A stretch of DNA of 64,000 bases from Candidatus Omnitrophota bacterium (GTDB lineage Bacteria > Omnitrophota > Gorgyraeia > B26-G9). Every line of letters begins with the position of its first letter. Position 1 is the stretch's first letter. Where the stretch lies: assembly GCA_043814605.1 (NCBI GenBank), contig JBDRJV010000007.1, forward strand, positions 3,354 to 67,353, given 5' to 3'. Shown here piece by piece: positions 47,071 through 57,534 of this stretch. The translations under genes were made by a program, and so were the position numbers. The notes beneath the pieces are model-generated. The model was given only the letters and a program-made list of their open reading frames with translations, did no database searches and had not been told where the DNA came from.

Positions 47071-49557
47071 ATGAAGACTTATGATTTTTTAAAAATCGAA
47101 AAAAAATGGCAGGAATATTGGCAGAAAAAAGAGGTTTTTAAATCTGTGCCGGATAAAAATAAGCCAAAGTATTATATTTTAGAAATGTTTCCTTATCCGT
47201 CGGGAAGAATTCATATGGGGCATGTGAGGAATTACACAATTGGGGATGTAATTGCCCGTTATCGCATGCAAGCCGGGTTTAATGTTTTGCATCCTATTGG
47301 TTTTGATGCTTTTGGCCAACCTGCAGAAAATGCGGCTATAAAACACAATGCCGACCCCCAGGAATGGACAGAAAAATGTATTAATTGGATGGTTAAAGAA
47401 TTAAAGCAAATGGGGTTTTCTTATGATTGGCTCAGGGAGTTATCAACGCATCGAGAAGAGTACTACAAGTGGAATCAATGGATTTTCTTAAAGATGCGGG
47501 AGAAAGGATTAGCTTATAAAAAAAGCTCGAGTGTAAATTGGTGCCCGGATTGTCAGACAACATTAGCAAATGAAGAAGTTGTTGATGGTGGCTGTTGGCG
47601 TTGTCAAACAAAGGTCATTCAAAAAGAACTAGAACAATGGTATTTAAAAATAACCGATTTTTCCGATTGCCTGCTGGAAGATTTAAAAACTCTTGAAAAT
47701 TGGCCGGAGCGGGTTATTACAATGCAGCAGAATTGGATTGGGAAAAGTTATGGAGTGGAAATTTATTTTCAGGAATCAGGAACAAAAAAACAAATTCCTG
47801 TTTTTACAACGCGTCAGGATACAATTTTTGGCGCAACATATGTGGTATTAGCTTGTGAACATCCGTTATTAAAAGATTTAATTAAAAATAAACCGGAAGA
47901 AAAAAAAGTGCTTGATTTTATTGAGCAGGTTTCACAGAAAAGTAAAATTGTACGGATTTCCACGGATGTGAAAAAAGAAGGTGTTTTTACCGGTTGTTAT
48001 GCGATCAATCCGGTGAACAATGAAAAGATTCCAATCTGGACAGCAGATTATGTTTTAATGGATTATGGAACGGGTGCGATTATGGCTGTGCCGACACACG
48101 ATCAAAGAGATTTTCTTTTTGCCAAAGAACATAATTTACCGATGCGTATTGTAATTGCAGATCCGGATAACCCGGATTTAAATGTATCAGATTTAAAATC
48201 AGCTTATGAGGAAAACGGCAGGCAAGTTAATTCCGCACAATTTGATGGGTTAACTAATGAGCAGGCAAAGGTTAAAATTGCGGATTGGATGGAACAAACA
48301 GGAATTGGTAAAAGAAAAACATTTTTTCGATTGCGCGATTGGCTGATTTCCCGCCAGCGGTATTGGGGAACCCCGATCCCGATAATTTATTGCCAAAAAT
48401 GCGGTACCGTGGGTGTCCCGGATTCGGAATTACCGGTTAAATTACCAAAAAAAATAGAAATTACCGGAACCGGCGGCAGCCCTTTATCTAAAGTAAAAGA
48501 CTTTGTTGAGGTAAGTTGTCCGCAATGTTCGGGGCTGGCACTGCGGGAAACAGATACAATGGCCACGTTTATTGATTCATCCTGGTATTTTTTGCGTTTT
48601 TGCAGCCCCAGGAATGATAAAAATATTTTTGATCCTGATGCAGTTAGTTATTGGATGAAAGTAGACCAGTATGTTGGCGGAATTGAACATGCTGTATTAC
48701 ATCTTCTCTATTCCCGTTTTTTTACAAAATTTTTTCAGTCAATAGGATTGATTAATTTTAGCGAACCGTTTGAAAAACTCCTGACGCAAGGTATGGTTTT
48801 AAAAGATGGTGAAGTCATGTCTAAATCTAAGGGTAATGTTATTGATCCGGATGAAATGATTAAAAAATACGGAGCGGATGCATTACGGGTTTGTATTTTA
48901 TTTGCTGCTCCGCCAGAAGCAGAATTTGACTGGAATGAAAAAGGTATGGATGGGGCCTGGCGATTTTTAAATCGCGTTTGGACGCTGGTGCAAAATTTGA
49001 TTGAATTAAAACAATTAAGCCCAGTAAAACATGAAACTAAAATATCAGAGCAAGATAAAAAACTAGAATTTAAATTACATCTGACAATTAAAAAAGTCAG
49101 CGAAGAAATGTCCGGTGGATTTAAATTTAATACAGCAATTAGTGCAATGATGGAATTGACTAATGAAGTTACAGCTGTATTACGCTCGGCTTGTGAAAAT
49201 AAAATCTGCCCGCCGGTTTTACAAGAAACTGTGGAAAAATTAGTTATTTTACTTTCGCCGATCGCACCGCATATCTGCGAGGAACTCTGGAAAATGCTTA
49301 ATCCGCAGAATTCCGCGAGTATTACTAATACCCGTTGGCCCCGGTATGATGCGCAGAAATTAATGCAGGATGAAGTTATGATAGTTGTCCAGGTAAATAG
49401 TAAAGTGCGGGCAAAAATCACTGTTGCGGCAAACCTGCAAGGTTATGACCTGGAACAAGCTGTCTTAAGCGATGAAAAAATTCAAAGCTGGGTTAAAGAT
49501 AAAAAAATAAAAAAATTTATTGTGGTTCCGAATAAATTAGTAAATATTATTATTTAG
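47071..49557 (+). CDS. leuS: Leucine--tRNA ligase
   Basis: [27 protein letters not shown]. Confidence 0.97.
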   Translation: MKTYDFLKIEKKWQEYWQKKEVFKSVPDKNKPKYYILEMFPYPSGRIHMGHVRNYTIGDVIARYRMQAGFNVLHPIGFDAFGQPAENAAIKHNADPQEWTEKCINWMVKELKQMGFSYDWLRELSTHREEYYKWNQWIFLKMREKGLAYKKSSSVNWCPDCQTTLANEEVVDGGCWRCQTKVIQKELEQWYLKITDFSDCLLEDLKTLENWPERVITMQQNWIGKSYGVEIYFQESGTKKQIPVFTTRQDTIFGATYVVLACEHPLLKDLIKNKPEEKKVLDFIEQVSQKSKIVRISTDVKKEGVFTGCYAINPVNNEKIPIWTADYVLMDYGTGAIMAVPTHDQRDFLFAKEHNLPMRIVIADPDNPDLNVSDLKSAYEENGRQVNSAQFDGLTNEQAKVKIADWMEQTGIGKRKTFFRLRDWLISRQRYWGTPIPIIYCQKCGTVGVPDSELPVKLPKKIEITGTGGSPLSKVKDFVEVSCPQCSGLALRETDTMATFIDSSWYFLRFCSPRNDKNIFDPDAVSYWMKVDQYVGGIEHAVLHLLYSRFFTKFFQSIGLINFSEPFEKLLTQGMVLKDGEVMSKSKGNVIDPDEMIKKYGADALRVCILFAAPPEAEFDWNEKGMDGAWRFLNRVWTLVQNLIELKQLSPVKHETKISEQDKKLEFKLHLTIKKVSEEMSGGFKFNTAISAMMELTNEVTAVLRSACENKICPPVLQETVEKLVILLSPIAPHICEELWKMLNPQNSASITNTRWPRYDAQKLMQDEVMIVVQVNSKVRAKITVAANLQGYDLEQAVLSDEKIQSWVKDKKIKKFIVVPNKLVNIII

Positions 49558-49570
49558 CTGATTTTTTTAA

Positions 49571-49951
49571 ATGAAAGAATTCACTTTAGATGAAAGAAAA
49601 ATATTAATTTTTATCCTGGTTGCTTTGATTTTTGGCCTGGGGTTATCCTGGTTCAATAAAACCTATCCGCAAAAATCTCAGAATTTAATTTTTCTTCCTG
49701 CCCCGATTATAGAAGAAAAAAATAACTTTAACCCTAATGATACTAATTCGGTTAGGCGAAAATTAATCAACATAAATACAGCTGATCTTAGTGCTCTGAT
49801 TGATTTGCCGGGGATAGGGGAGGTTATTGCTAAACGGATTATCTCTTTTCGTAAAGCTAACGGTCCTTACCGGCAGAAAGAAGATTTGATAAAAGTTAAA
49901 GGGATTGGTCCTAAAAAATTTGAAAAGTTTAAAAATCAGATTTCCATTTAA
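49571..49951 (+). CDS. comEA: ComEA-like HhH DNA-binding protein
   Basis: ININTA...L..LPGIG, VKGIG. Confidence 0.88.
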   Translation: MKEFTLDERKILIFILVALIFGLGLSWFNKTYPQKSQNLIFLPAPIIEEKNNFNPNDTNSVRRKLININTADLSALIDLPGIGEVIAKRIISFRKANGPYRQKEDLIKVKGIGPKKFEKFKNQISI

Positions 49952-49965
49952 AAGGTTTAAGTCAA

Positions 49966-51537
49966 TTGTTTAAAAATTTTTTAAGGATACAGATACTGCT
50001 AATCAGGGAATTGTTTATTAAGCGGCCGTTATTATTTATCTGCAGCGGATTTATCCCGGGAATTTTAACAGCAAATTTTATTCCCAGTAAATTTTTTTTA
50101 TATTTTTTTTGTTTGCAGGTCGTCTGTTTAATTATTCTTTTTAAAAATATTAATAATTTTAAAATTTTTTTGACATTGCTTTTGGTGGTTAGTTTTTTAC
50201 TGGGGATTTGTGTATTTTTAAATTCCGTGACGTTTCCCGCTAACCATATAAAAAATTTAGTGCCGCAAAAAAGTATAATTGTAAAAATCAGGGGCAAAAT
50301 TATAACCACTCCTAAACAAAAAAAGCACAAACATGTTTTTGTGCTAGAAGCGCAGGAATTAATCACAAAAAAGACAATTACTCCTATTGTGGGTAAAATA
50401 CTCGTATGGGATTTTAAAAAAGATATTAAAGAAAGTTATCAGCGGGGGCAAACACTGATTTTAAAGGGGAGTTTTTACCGTCCTTTCCCATTTCGTATTT
50501 CAAAGCAGCTGGATTACCGTACCTATCTGTCCCGTAAGAATATTTATGCAATGTTGAATATCGGTCAGCAAGGGGAAGTTGTTTTTCTTAAAACGCCAGA
50601 GTTGAATTTTGTCCTGAAATCAGCACTGCAGTTAAAAGCGAAAATTCAAAAAATTTTTGAAAACAATTTATCTTTTGCCGCCGCAGGAATAATGAAAGCC
50701 ATGGTTATCGGGGAAAGGGAAGAAGTGAGTGATTTTTTTAACAGCGTATTGCAAAAAACCGGCACAGTACATATTCTGGCTGTTTCCGGATTACATGTGG
50801 GAATCATAACAGTGATTATGATTTTACTGATCCGATTACTGATGATTCCTTATCGGGTTCAATATCTGGCAGTAATTTTTGCGTTAATTTATTACTGTTT
50901 TATCACTGATTTTAGGATTTCTGTAATCCGGGCTACAATTATGGCGGTTTTATTACTTTTCGGTAAAGTCATCAGCCGTGATTATGATGCACTGAATGCT
51001 TTAAGCTTAGCGTTTCTGATTATTGCTGGCCGAGATCCCCAGGAGGTTTTTGCTTTAGGTTTTCAATTATCATTTGTGAGTGTTTTTTTTATTTTGCTAT
51101 TATTTCAAGATATTACCGATCTTTTTCCTAACTTGATGAAAGAAAACAGTTTTTTAAATTATTTAACTACAAGCTTAAGTGTATCTTTAGCTGCTTGGTT
51201 TGGGACGTTAGGTATAATCATCTATAATTTTGGAATTTTTTCTCCGGTTACAATTATGTCAAATATTTTTTCCGTAAGTTTGTTATTCCTGATTATTGCT
51301 AATGGACTGGTTCTGATTATAACCGGGATAGTTGTGCCTTTTTTTACTGGACCGGTTGCTTTAACCTGTGAATTTCTGATTAATCTCTTATATCGCAGTA
51401 ATGCTTTAATGTTAAAAATTCCGGGAGCTTGTTTCCTAGGACTTGATTTTAATTTTTCGTTAATACTATTATATTACTCATTATTAATTTTATTGATATT
51501 TATTTTTAAAAATTATAAGTACAAAAATTTTTTATAA
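49966..51537 (+). CDS. comEC: ComEC/Rec2 competence channel (no MBL domain)
   Basis: TGTVHILAVSGLHV, RATIM, GFQLSF. Confidence 0.9.
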   Translation: MFKNFLRIQILLIRELFIKRPLLFICSGFIPGILTANFIPSKFFLYFFCLQVVCLIILFKNINNFKIFLTLLLVVSFLLGICVFLNSVTFPANHIKNLVPQKSIIVKIRGKIITTPKQKKHKHVFVLEAQELITKKTITPIVGKILVWDFKKDIKESYQRGQTLILKGSFYRPFPFRISKQLDYRTYLSRKNIYAMLNIGQQGEVVFLKTPELNFVLKSALQLKAKIQKIFENNLSFAAAGIMKAMVIGEREEVSDFFNSVLQKTGTVHILAVSGLHVGIITVIMILLIRLLMIPYRVQYLAVIFALIYYCFITDFRISVIRATIMAVLLLFGKVISRDYDALNALSLAFLIIAGRDPQEVFALGFQLSFVSVFFILLLFQDITDLFPNLMKENSFLNYLTTSLSVSLAAWFGTLGIIIYNFGIFSPVTIMSNIFSVSLLFLIIANGLVLIITGIVVPFFTGPVALTCEFLINLLYRSNALMLKIPGACFLGLDFNFSLILLYYSLLILLIFIFKNYKYKNFL

Positions 51538-51558
51538 AAGTTTAACTTATTTGCAAAT

Positions 51559-51587
51559 TTGACAAGCTTGTATTGTTGATATATAAT
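51559..51587 (+). promoter_or_regulatory. Sigma70 promoter
   Basis: TTGACA-17bp-TATAAT. Confidence 0.75.
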
Positions 51588-51615
51588 AACCCCTTCTAGC
51601 GAATAGGAGTTTTTT

Positions 51616-52191
51616 ATGCAAGCTTTTGAAAAAGTAATTTTTTTAGACCGCGACGGGGTAATCAATAAGAATGTTAAGTATGAATATGTTACTTCCTGGG
51701 CAAAATTTAATTTTTTACCCAATGTTTTTGAAGCACTTAAGTTACTAAAAGACAATGAGTTCAAGGTAATAATTATCTCTAATCAGCAGGGGGTTGGTAA
51801 AGGGCTTTATACAGAAGCAGCGCTTGCGGATATGACTGAAAGAATGCTTGCCCGGATCCAAAGCCGGGGAGGTAAAATTCATTCTGTACATTATTGCCCG
51901 CATCTTAAGGAAGCTGATTGTGTTTGCCGTAAGCCAAAGGTAGGATTATTTAAGCAGGCTCTAGTAGGAAAATCGGTAGATATTAAAAATACATTTTTTA
52001 TCGGAGATACAGAACGAGACGTAGAAACCGGTAAAAAATTAGGCTGCCGGACAATACTGGTTTTAAGCGGTAATACAGAAAGCCAGGCTGCGGTAAGTGA
52101 TTTTAAATTTCAGCCTGATTTTATTGCGAAAGATTTATTAGCAGCGGTAAAGAATGTAGTGCTGAAGGGAAAGGTTAAGTCATGGGAATAA
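51616..52191 (+). CDS. gmhB: D,D-heptose-1,7-bisphosphate phosphatase
   Basis: FLDRDGVIN, SNQ, CPH...C.CRKP, IGD. Confidence 0.9.
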   Translation: MQAFEKVIFLDRDGVINKNVKYEYVTSWAKFNFLPNVFEALKLLKDNEFKVIIISNQQGVGKGLYTEAALADMTERMLARIQSRGGKIHSVHYCPHLKEADCVCRKPKVGLFKQALVGKSVDIKNTFFIGDTERDVETGKKLGCRTILVLSGNTESQAAVSDFKFQPDFIAKDLLAAVKNVVLKGKVKSWE

Positions 52192-52757
52192 TTAGTTCTG
52201 TATTAATTAGTTTTTTTGGCTTGTTTCTGGCAATTGATGCTCTGGGGAAAATTCCGAATTTTAATTTAATCATTCAAGGAGGGCCGGAAAAAGAACAAAA
52301 TAAAGCTTTAAAAAATTGGATACAATATGTTTTAGGGATAAGTTTAGGAATAATTTTTTTAGGGGTAATCTTATTTTGGATTATGGGAGTATCTTTAGCA
52401 GATTTTAAGATCGCCGGCGGAATTTTATTGTTTATCCTGATTGTGCGTGCTTTAATGGGTAATCCCGAAGTTAAAAAGACGCAGGACAAATTTTTTGCCG
52501 AAATTCTACTTTTTGTGCTTAATCCTAGGGTTATTATAATGTTATTAATTTTGGCGGATGCTTTTGGCATAATCATAGCGTTCATAACTTATGCCTTAAA
52601 TATTTTATTTTGTTTTTATATTTTTAAACATCAGAATTATTTTATGAAAAAAATCGACATGGCCGGTATTAATTTGTGTTCAAAAATTACAAATATTATT
52701 TTAGCCGGCTTTGCCGTAACTTTAATCAGAGAAGGAATTTTATTAATAATCCGGTAA
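52182..52757 (+). CDS. MarC family membrane protein, divergent
   Basis: FLAIDALG.IP, DFKIAGGILLF, IILAGFAV..I. Confidence 0.75.
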   Translation: MGIISSVLISFFGLFLAIDALGKIPNFNLIIQGGPEKEQNKALKNWIQYVLGISLGIIFLGVILFWIMGVSLADFKIAGGILLFILIVRALMGNPEVKKTQDKFFAEILLFVLNPRVIIMLLILADAFGIIIAFITYALNILFCFYIFKHQNYFMKKIDMAGINLCSKITNIILAGFAVTLIREGILLIIR

Positions 52758-52833
52758 AAAAGACGTCCTATAATGGGAAAGAAGGAGGATGTCTTGATTA
52801 TATAGATTAAAGTTATTTTATCAGAAGATTGCA

Positions 52834-53206
52834 GTGATTAAGGAAAGGGCTTCGTTAACTGATAAAATAATCGCTTGTGCTTATAATGTGCATAGTAAGC
52901 TTGGTCCTGGATTTAGCGAAAGTATAATACCATAAGGCATTAAAAATAACCTTAAAAGAACAGGGTTTAAAGTATCAAACTGAGAAAAGTTTTGATGTTT
53001 GTTTTCAAGGTAAAAACATTGGTAAATGTAGGCTCGATTTAGTCATCGCCGACAAGATTGTAACAGAACTGAAAGCTTTTAGCGGGAATATTCCTGCTGT
53101 ATTTGAATCGCAGGTTTTATCTTATCTAAAAGCATCAGGATATAAAGTTGGACTATTGATAAACTTTGACAACAAGAGTTGTCAAGTTAGAAGATTAATG
53201 GTTTAA
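52834..53206 (+). pseudogene. GxxExxY protein (PD-(D/E)XK-like) with a +1 frameshift
   Basis: LTDKIIACAYNVHSKLGPGFSESI then shifted frame YHKAL...RLDLVIADKIVTELK...QVLSYLKASG..VGLLINF; removing one A near 52927 gives a 123-aa ORF; absent from the ORF track. Confidence 0.88.
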
Positions 53207-53284
53207 TCTTCGTAATCTATTGTTAATCGTGGTAATCAGGGATAATCCATTCCAGGAGTGAGGATTATACCAGCTGAGGTGAAT

Positions 53285-53692
53285 ATGGAAAAGAAAAGAG
53301 TTGTCTTAACGTTTCCGCATGATTTATTAGGTAAGCCGATAACTTATCATCTAATCAAAGATTATAATCTAATCGTAAATATTCTCAAAGCCAAAATTAC
53401 CCCGAAAGAGCAGGGGTTGCTGGTACTGGAAATTGAAGGAGATAAGCATCAATTACAGGAAGGGGTTAACTTTTTAAAAAAAACCGGAGTTAAAATTGAG
53501 GCTTTAATTGAAGATATTAAATGGGATTCGGATAAGTGTATCCATTGTACGGAATGCGTAACTGTCTGCCCGACACAAGCTTTTATTTTAGATCGCCAAA
53601 AAATGGAAATTAGTTTTTATAAAGATAAATGTATTGCTTGCGGATTGTGTGTTTCTCTGTGTCCCTATCGGGCCATAGAAATAATCATATAA
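53285..53692 (+). CDS. NIL domain + 2x4Fe-4S ferredoxin (MA1822-like partner of homocysteine synthase)
   Basis: L.FP.....PITY.LIKDYNL.VNILKA.I NIL domain; two CxxCxxCxxxCP. Confidence 0.85.
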   Translation: MEKKRVVLTFPHDLLGKPITYHLIKDYNLIVNILKAKITPKEQGLLVLEIEGDKHQLQEGVNFLKKTGVKIEALIEDIKWDSDKCIHCTECVTVCPTQAFILDRQKMEISFYKDKCIACGLCVSLCPYRAIEIII

Positions 53693-53708
53693 CTATTTTA
53701 GGTGCCCG

Positions 53709-54158
53709 ATGATTAGAAAAGCAAATATCAGTGATGTAACTAAAATCCAGGAACTGATTAAAACTTGTGCAAAAAGTGGTGAGGTACTGCCGCGTTCCTT
53801 AAATAATATTTATGAAAATTTACGTGATTTTTTTGTATTTGAAAAAGATGGCCGCATCGTAGGTTGCTGTGCATTACATATTACCTGGGATGATTTGGCG
53901 GAAATCCGCTCACTTGTGGTTGAAGCTTCTGTTCAAGGACAGGGGATTGGGAAAAAACTTATTGAAGCCAGTATTAAAGAAACGCAAGCATTTAAGATCA
54001 GAAAAGTTTTTTTGCTGACAGAAAAACTTGATTTTTTTAAAAAAATGGGTTTTATCCCCACCGATAAATCACTTCTGCCGCATAAGATCTGGAGTGATTG
54101 CGTACATTGTATTCATTTTCCTAATTGTAATGAAGAAGCAATGATTATGGAAGTTTAG
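53709..54158 (+). CDS. GNAT acetyltransferase (short ArgA-like)
   Basis: [29 protein letters not shown]. Confidence 0.88.
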   Translation: MIRKANISDVTKIQELIKTCAKSGEVLPRSLNNIYENLRDFFVFEKDGRIVGCCALHITWDDLAEIRSLVVEASVQGQGIGKKLIEASIKETQAFKIRKVFLLTEKLDFFKKMGFIPTDKSLLPHKIWSDCVHCIHFPNCNEEAMIMEV

Positions 54159-54234
54159 GGCAATATGTTTTTATTACAGATTTTTTGGCAAGGTGGTAAA
54201 AATTTGGGCAGATGATGGGAGGCTAAAGAAAAAA

Positions 54235-55521
54235 ATGGGATTTACGATTTCTGAGAAAATATTTTGTAATCATTTAAAGAAAAAAGGCCCAAAAGTCCGC
54301 GCCGGTGAGTTTATCTATGCAGCGGTTGATTTAACATTAGGTAATGATATTACCGCTCCGATTGCAATTGATCAATTTAAAAAATTAGGGGCAAAAAAAG
54401 TTTTTGATTGTAAAAAAGTAGTGCTTGTGCCGGATCATTTTACTCCGGCCAAAGATATTAAAAGCGCAATGCAGGCTCAACAATTAAGAGAGTTTGCCCA
54501 GGAGCATAAGATTAAACACTATTTTGAAATAGGCAGAATGGGGATCGAACATGCGCTTTTGCCAGAAGCCGGGCTGATCCGCCCGGGGGACTTAATTATT
54601 GGCGCAGATTCACACACTTGTACTTACGGGGCATTAGGCGCTTTTTCAACCGGGGTGGGTTCAACTGATTTAGCGGCAGCTTGGGCAACAGGTTTTTGTT
54701 GGTTTAAAGTTCCCGAAACAATCAAATTTATCTATAAAGGAAAAATGAACAAATGGGTTTCGGGAAAAGATTTAATTCTTTTTACAATCGGAAAAATTGG
54801 AGTTGATGGTGCGCTGTATATGGCCATGGAATTTACCGGTCCGGTAATTGAAAAATTAGCGATTGATCAGCGGTTTACAATGTCCAATATGGCTATTGAA
54901 GCCGGTGGTAAAGCCGGAATGATCGCGCCGGATAAAATCACTTTTGAATATTTAAAATCCCGCGGTATAAAATTCTCCGCTGCCCAGGAAAATATTTGGA
55001 AAAATTTAAAATCAGATAAGGACGCTGAATTTAAAAAAGTTATCGAGATTGATGTGGCGAAAATTAAGCCGCAGGTAGCTCTGCCGCATTTACCCAGTAA
55101 TACAAAAAATGTAGATAAGCTTAGAAAAATAAGAGTTGATCAGGTTGTTATTGGTTCTTGTACTAACGGCAGAATTTCTGATTTAAGGATAGCGGCAAAA
55201 ATTTTAAAGGGTAAAAAAGTCCATCCCCATGTGCGTTGTATTATTTTTCCCGCAACCCAGGAAATCTATTTGCAAGCGGTGAAAGAAGGGTTAGTGGAAA
55301 TTTTTGTCAAAGCGAATGCCGTTGTGTCAACGCCAACCTGCGGGCCTTGTTTAGGAGGGCATATGGGAATTCTGGCAAAAGGGGAAAGAGCCATTGCTAC
55401 AACCAATAGAAATTTTATCGGCCGCATGGGGCATCCGAAAAGTGAAGTTTGTTTAAGCTCACCAGCTGTTGCGGCAGCGAGTGCAATTACGGGTAAAATT
55501 ACGCATCCTGAATCTGTCTAA
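54235..55521 (+). CDS. leuC: 3-isopropylmalate dehydratase large subunit
   Basis: [37 protein letters not shown]. Confidence 0.93.
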   Translation: MGFTISEKIFCNHLKKKGPKVRAGEFIYAAVDLTLGNDITAPIAIDQFKKLGAKKVFDCKKVVLVPDHFTPAKDIKSAMQAQQLREFAQEHKIKHYFEIGRMGIEHALLPEAGLIRPGDLIIGADSHTCTYGALGAFSTGVGSTDLAAAWATGFCWFKVPETIKFIYKGKMNKWVSGKDLILFTIGKIGVDGALYMAMEFTGPVIEKLAIDQRFTMSNMAIEAGGKAGMIAPDKITFEYLKSRGIKFSAAQENIWKNLKSDKDAEFKKVIEIDVAKIKPQVALPHLPSNTKNVDKLRKIRVDQVVIGSCTNGRISDLRIAAKILKGKKVHPHVRCIIFPATQEIYLQAVKEGLVEIFVKANAVVSTPTCGPCLGGHMGILAKGERAIATTNRNFIGRMGHPKSEVCLSSPAVAAASAITGKITHPESV

Positions 55522-55528
55522 AAATAAC

Positions 55529-55593
55529 AGGTAGAGAGTAGCCCTCCTACGCTAAAGCTTCGGAGGGTAAAAGAGTAGAGAGTAGAGAGAAAG
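55529..55593 (+). repeat. AGAGAGT 7-bp array interrupted by a REP-like hairpin
   Basis: gtagagagtag [CCCTCCTACGCTAAAGCTTCGGAGGG] taaaagagtagagagtagagag. Confidence 0.75.
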
Positions 55594-55669
55594 ATCGCAT
55601 ATAGGTGTTTGATAATAAGAGTATAAATTTCAATATAAAATTTAAAGTGTGAGGATAAAGAGAAAAAAT

Positions 55670-56170
55670 ATGAAAATAAAAGGAAAGGCTTGGAAGTTTG
55701 GTGCAAATATCAATACCGATGAAATAATTGCGGCAAGATATTTAAATACATTTGATTCGCAGGAGTTAGGGGTGCATTGCCTGGAAGATATTGATGAGAA
55801 GTTTTCGGATAAAATTAAAAGGGGAGATCTAATTGTTGCCGGTCGTAATTTTGGCTGCGGGTCTAGCCGTGAACATGCTCCGATTGCAATTAAAGGCTGC
55901 GGAATTTCTTGTGTTATTGCGGAAAGTTTTGCGAGAATTTTTTACCGCAATGCCATAAATATTGGGTTGCCGATTTTAGTGAGTAAAGAAGCGCCCGGCC
56001 GGATTAAAGAAAAAGATCAAATTGAGGTTGATATCAACGCTGGTCTGATTTATAATCGAACTCAAAATAAAACGTATAAAACAGATAAATTTGCGGATTT
56101 TATGCAGCAAATTATTAGTCATAACGGATTGTTAAACTGGATTAAAAGAAAAGGATTAATTAAAAAATGA
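55670..56170 (+). CDS. leuD: 3-isopropylmalate dehydratase small subunit
   Basis: NTDEII, NFGCGSSREHA, SFARIFYRN. Confidence 0.95.
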   Translation: MKIKGKAWKFGANINTDEIIAARYLNTFDSQELGVHCLEDIDEKFSDKIKRGDLIVAGRNFGCGSSREHAPIAIKGCGISCVIAESFARIFYRNAINIGLPILVSKEAPGRIKEKDQIEVDINAGLIYNRTQNKTYKTDKFADFMQQIISHNGLLNWIKRKGLIKK

Positions 56171-56403
56171 AGGTATCCCAGACCGAAGTTGAAGTGACAA
56201 TTTTTATGCAGAATTCTCGTATTGAAGGAAAAATTCATTTACCGGAACAGGGACGATTAACAGATTATTTAGCTTTAGTCGAGCGGAAATTTATTCCGGT
56301 AACAAATGCGAGTATCTATTTAATTCCGAGTAACGAATTGCTGTACTCTGTAGATTTTTTAAGCCTGAATAAGGATTTTATTATTTGTATTTTTCCTAAA
56401 TAG
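56167..56403 (+). CDS. Small beta-rich hypothetical protein (DUF6812-like)
   Basis: RIEG.IH.P...RLTDYL...FIPVT.A.I...F...NK..I..I.P. Confidence 0.65.
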   Translation: MKVSQTEVEVTIFMQNSRIEGKIHLPEQGRLTDYLALVERKFIPVTNASIYLIPSNELLYSVDFLSLNKDFIICIFPK

Positions 56404-56436
56404 AATATGTGATAAAAAAATAGAGAGGTGGTTTAA

Positions 56437-57489
56437 ATGTATAAAATTGCCGTTATTCCCGGGGATGGAACAGGCCCGGAAGTTGTTAAAGAAGGGTTAA
56501 AGGTTTTGGCAGCCGTAAGTAAAATTCATAAATTCTCGTACCAGACGAAAATATTTGATTGCGGGGGAGACCGTTATCTGGCAACCGGAAAAACAATTAC
56601 CGATGAGGAACTGGGAGCATTAAAAACATTTGATGCGATTTTTCTCGGAGCAATTGGCCACCCGGATGTAAAACCGGGGATTTTAGAACAGGGAATTTTA
56701 CTTAAAACTAGATTTGCTTTAGATCAATACATTAATTTAAGGCCGGTACGGTTGTATAACGAAACTTTCTGTCCGTTAAAAAATAAAAAAGAGGCTGATA
56801 TTGATTTTGTTGTTGTCCGGGAAAATTCAGAAGGCCTGTACAAAGGGATGGGAGAATTTAAAGATAAAGATACTGCGAATGAGGTTGCCATTCAAATTTC
56901 TTATAATACCCGTAAAGGAGTAGAACGCTGTATCCGCTATGCTTTCGAATATACGCGAAAACGTAATCGCAGAAAGAATCTTACCCTTTGCGGAAAAACT
57001 AATGTTTTAACTTATGCTTGGGATCTTTGGCAAAGAGTTTTTGACGCAGTAGCAAAAGAATATCCGGATATTACAACTGATTATGCGCATATTGATGCAA
57101 CAACAATGTGGTTTGTAAAAAATCCAGAATGGTTTGATGTAATTGTTACGGATAACATGTTTGGCGATATTATTACAGATCTGGGGGCAATGATTCAAGG
57201 GGGTATGGGTATTGCCGCGGGAGGAAATATTAATCCGCAAGGCGTATCGATGTTTGAACCCATCGGCGGTTCCGCGCCTAAGTATACGGGAAAAAATGTA
57301 ATCAATCCTCTGGCAGCAATTTGTGCCCTGGGTATGTTGCTGGAGACCATAGGCGAAAAAGCAGCCGCAGGTAATATTGAAAATTCAGTGATTAATATTG
57401 CTAAAAATAAGCTAACAAATTTAAGTGCGGGAAAAATGGGGTATGCGACAACGGAAATAGGGGATTTAGTAGTTAAAAATTTAAAATAG
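56437..57489 (+). CDS. leuB: 3-isopropylmalate dehydrogenase
   Basis: [36 protein letters not shown]. Confidence 0.92.
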   Translation: MYKIAVIPGDGTGPEVVKEGLKVLAAVSKIHKFSYQTKIFDCGGDRYLATGKTITDEELGALKTFDAIFLGAIGHPDVKPGILEQGILLKTRFALDQYINLRPVRLYNETFCPLKNKKEADIDFVVVRENSEGLYKGMGEFKDKDTANEVAIQISYNTRKGVERCIRYAFEYTRKRNRRKNLTLCGKTNVLTYAWDLWQRVFDAVAKEYPDITTDYAHIDATTMWFVKNPEWFDVIVTDNMFGDIITDLGAMIQGGMGIAAGGNINPQGVSMFEPIGGSAPKYTGKNVINPLAAICALGMLLETIGEKAAAGNIENSVINIAKNKLTNLSAGKMGYATTEIGDLVVKNLK

Positions 57490-57534
57490 AAATTAATTAT
57501 AAATCTTGAATTATATTTTAAAAAGGAGCTGTAC

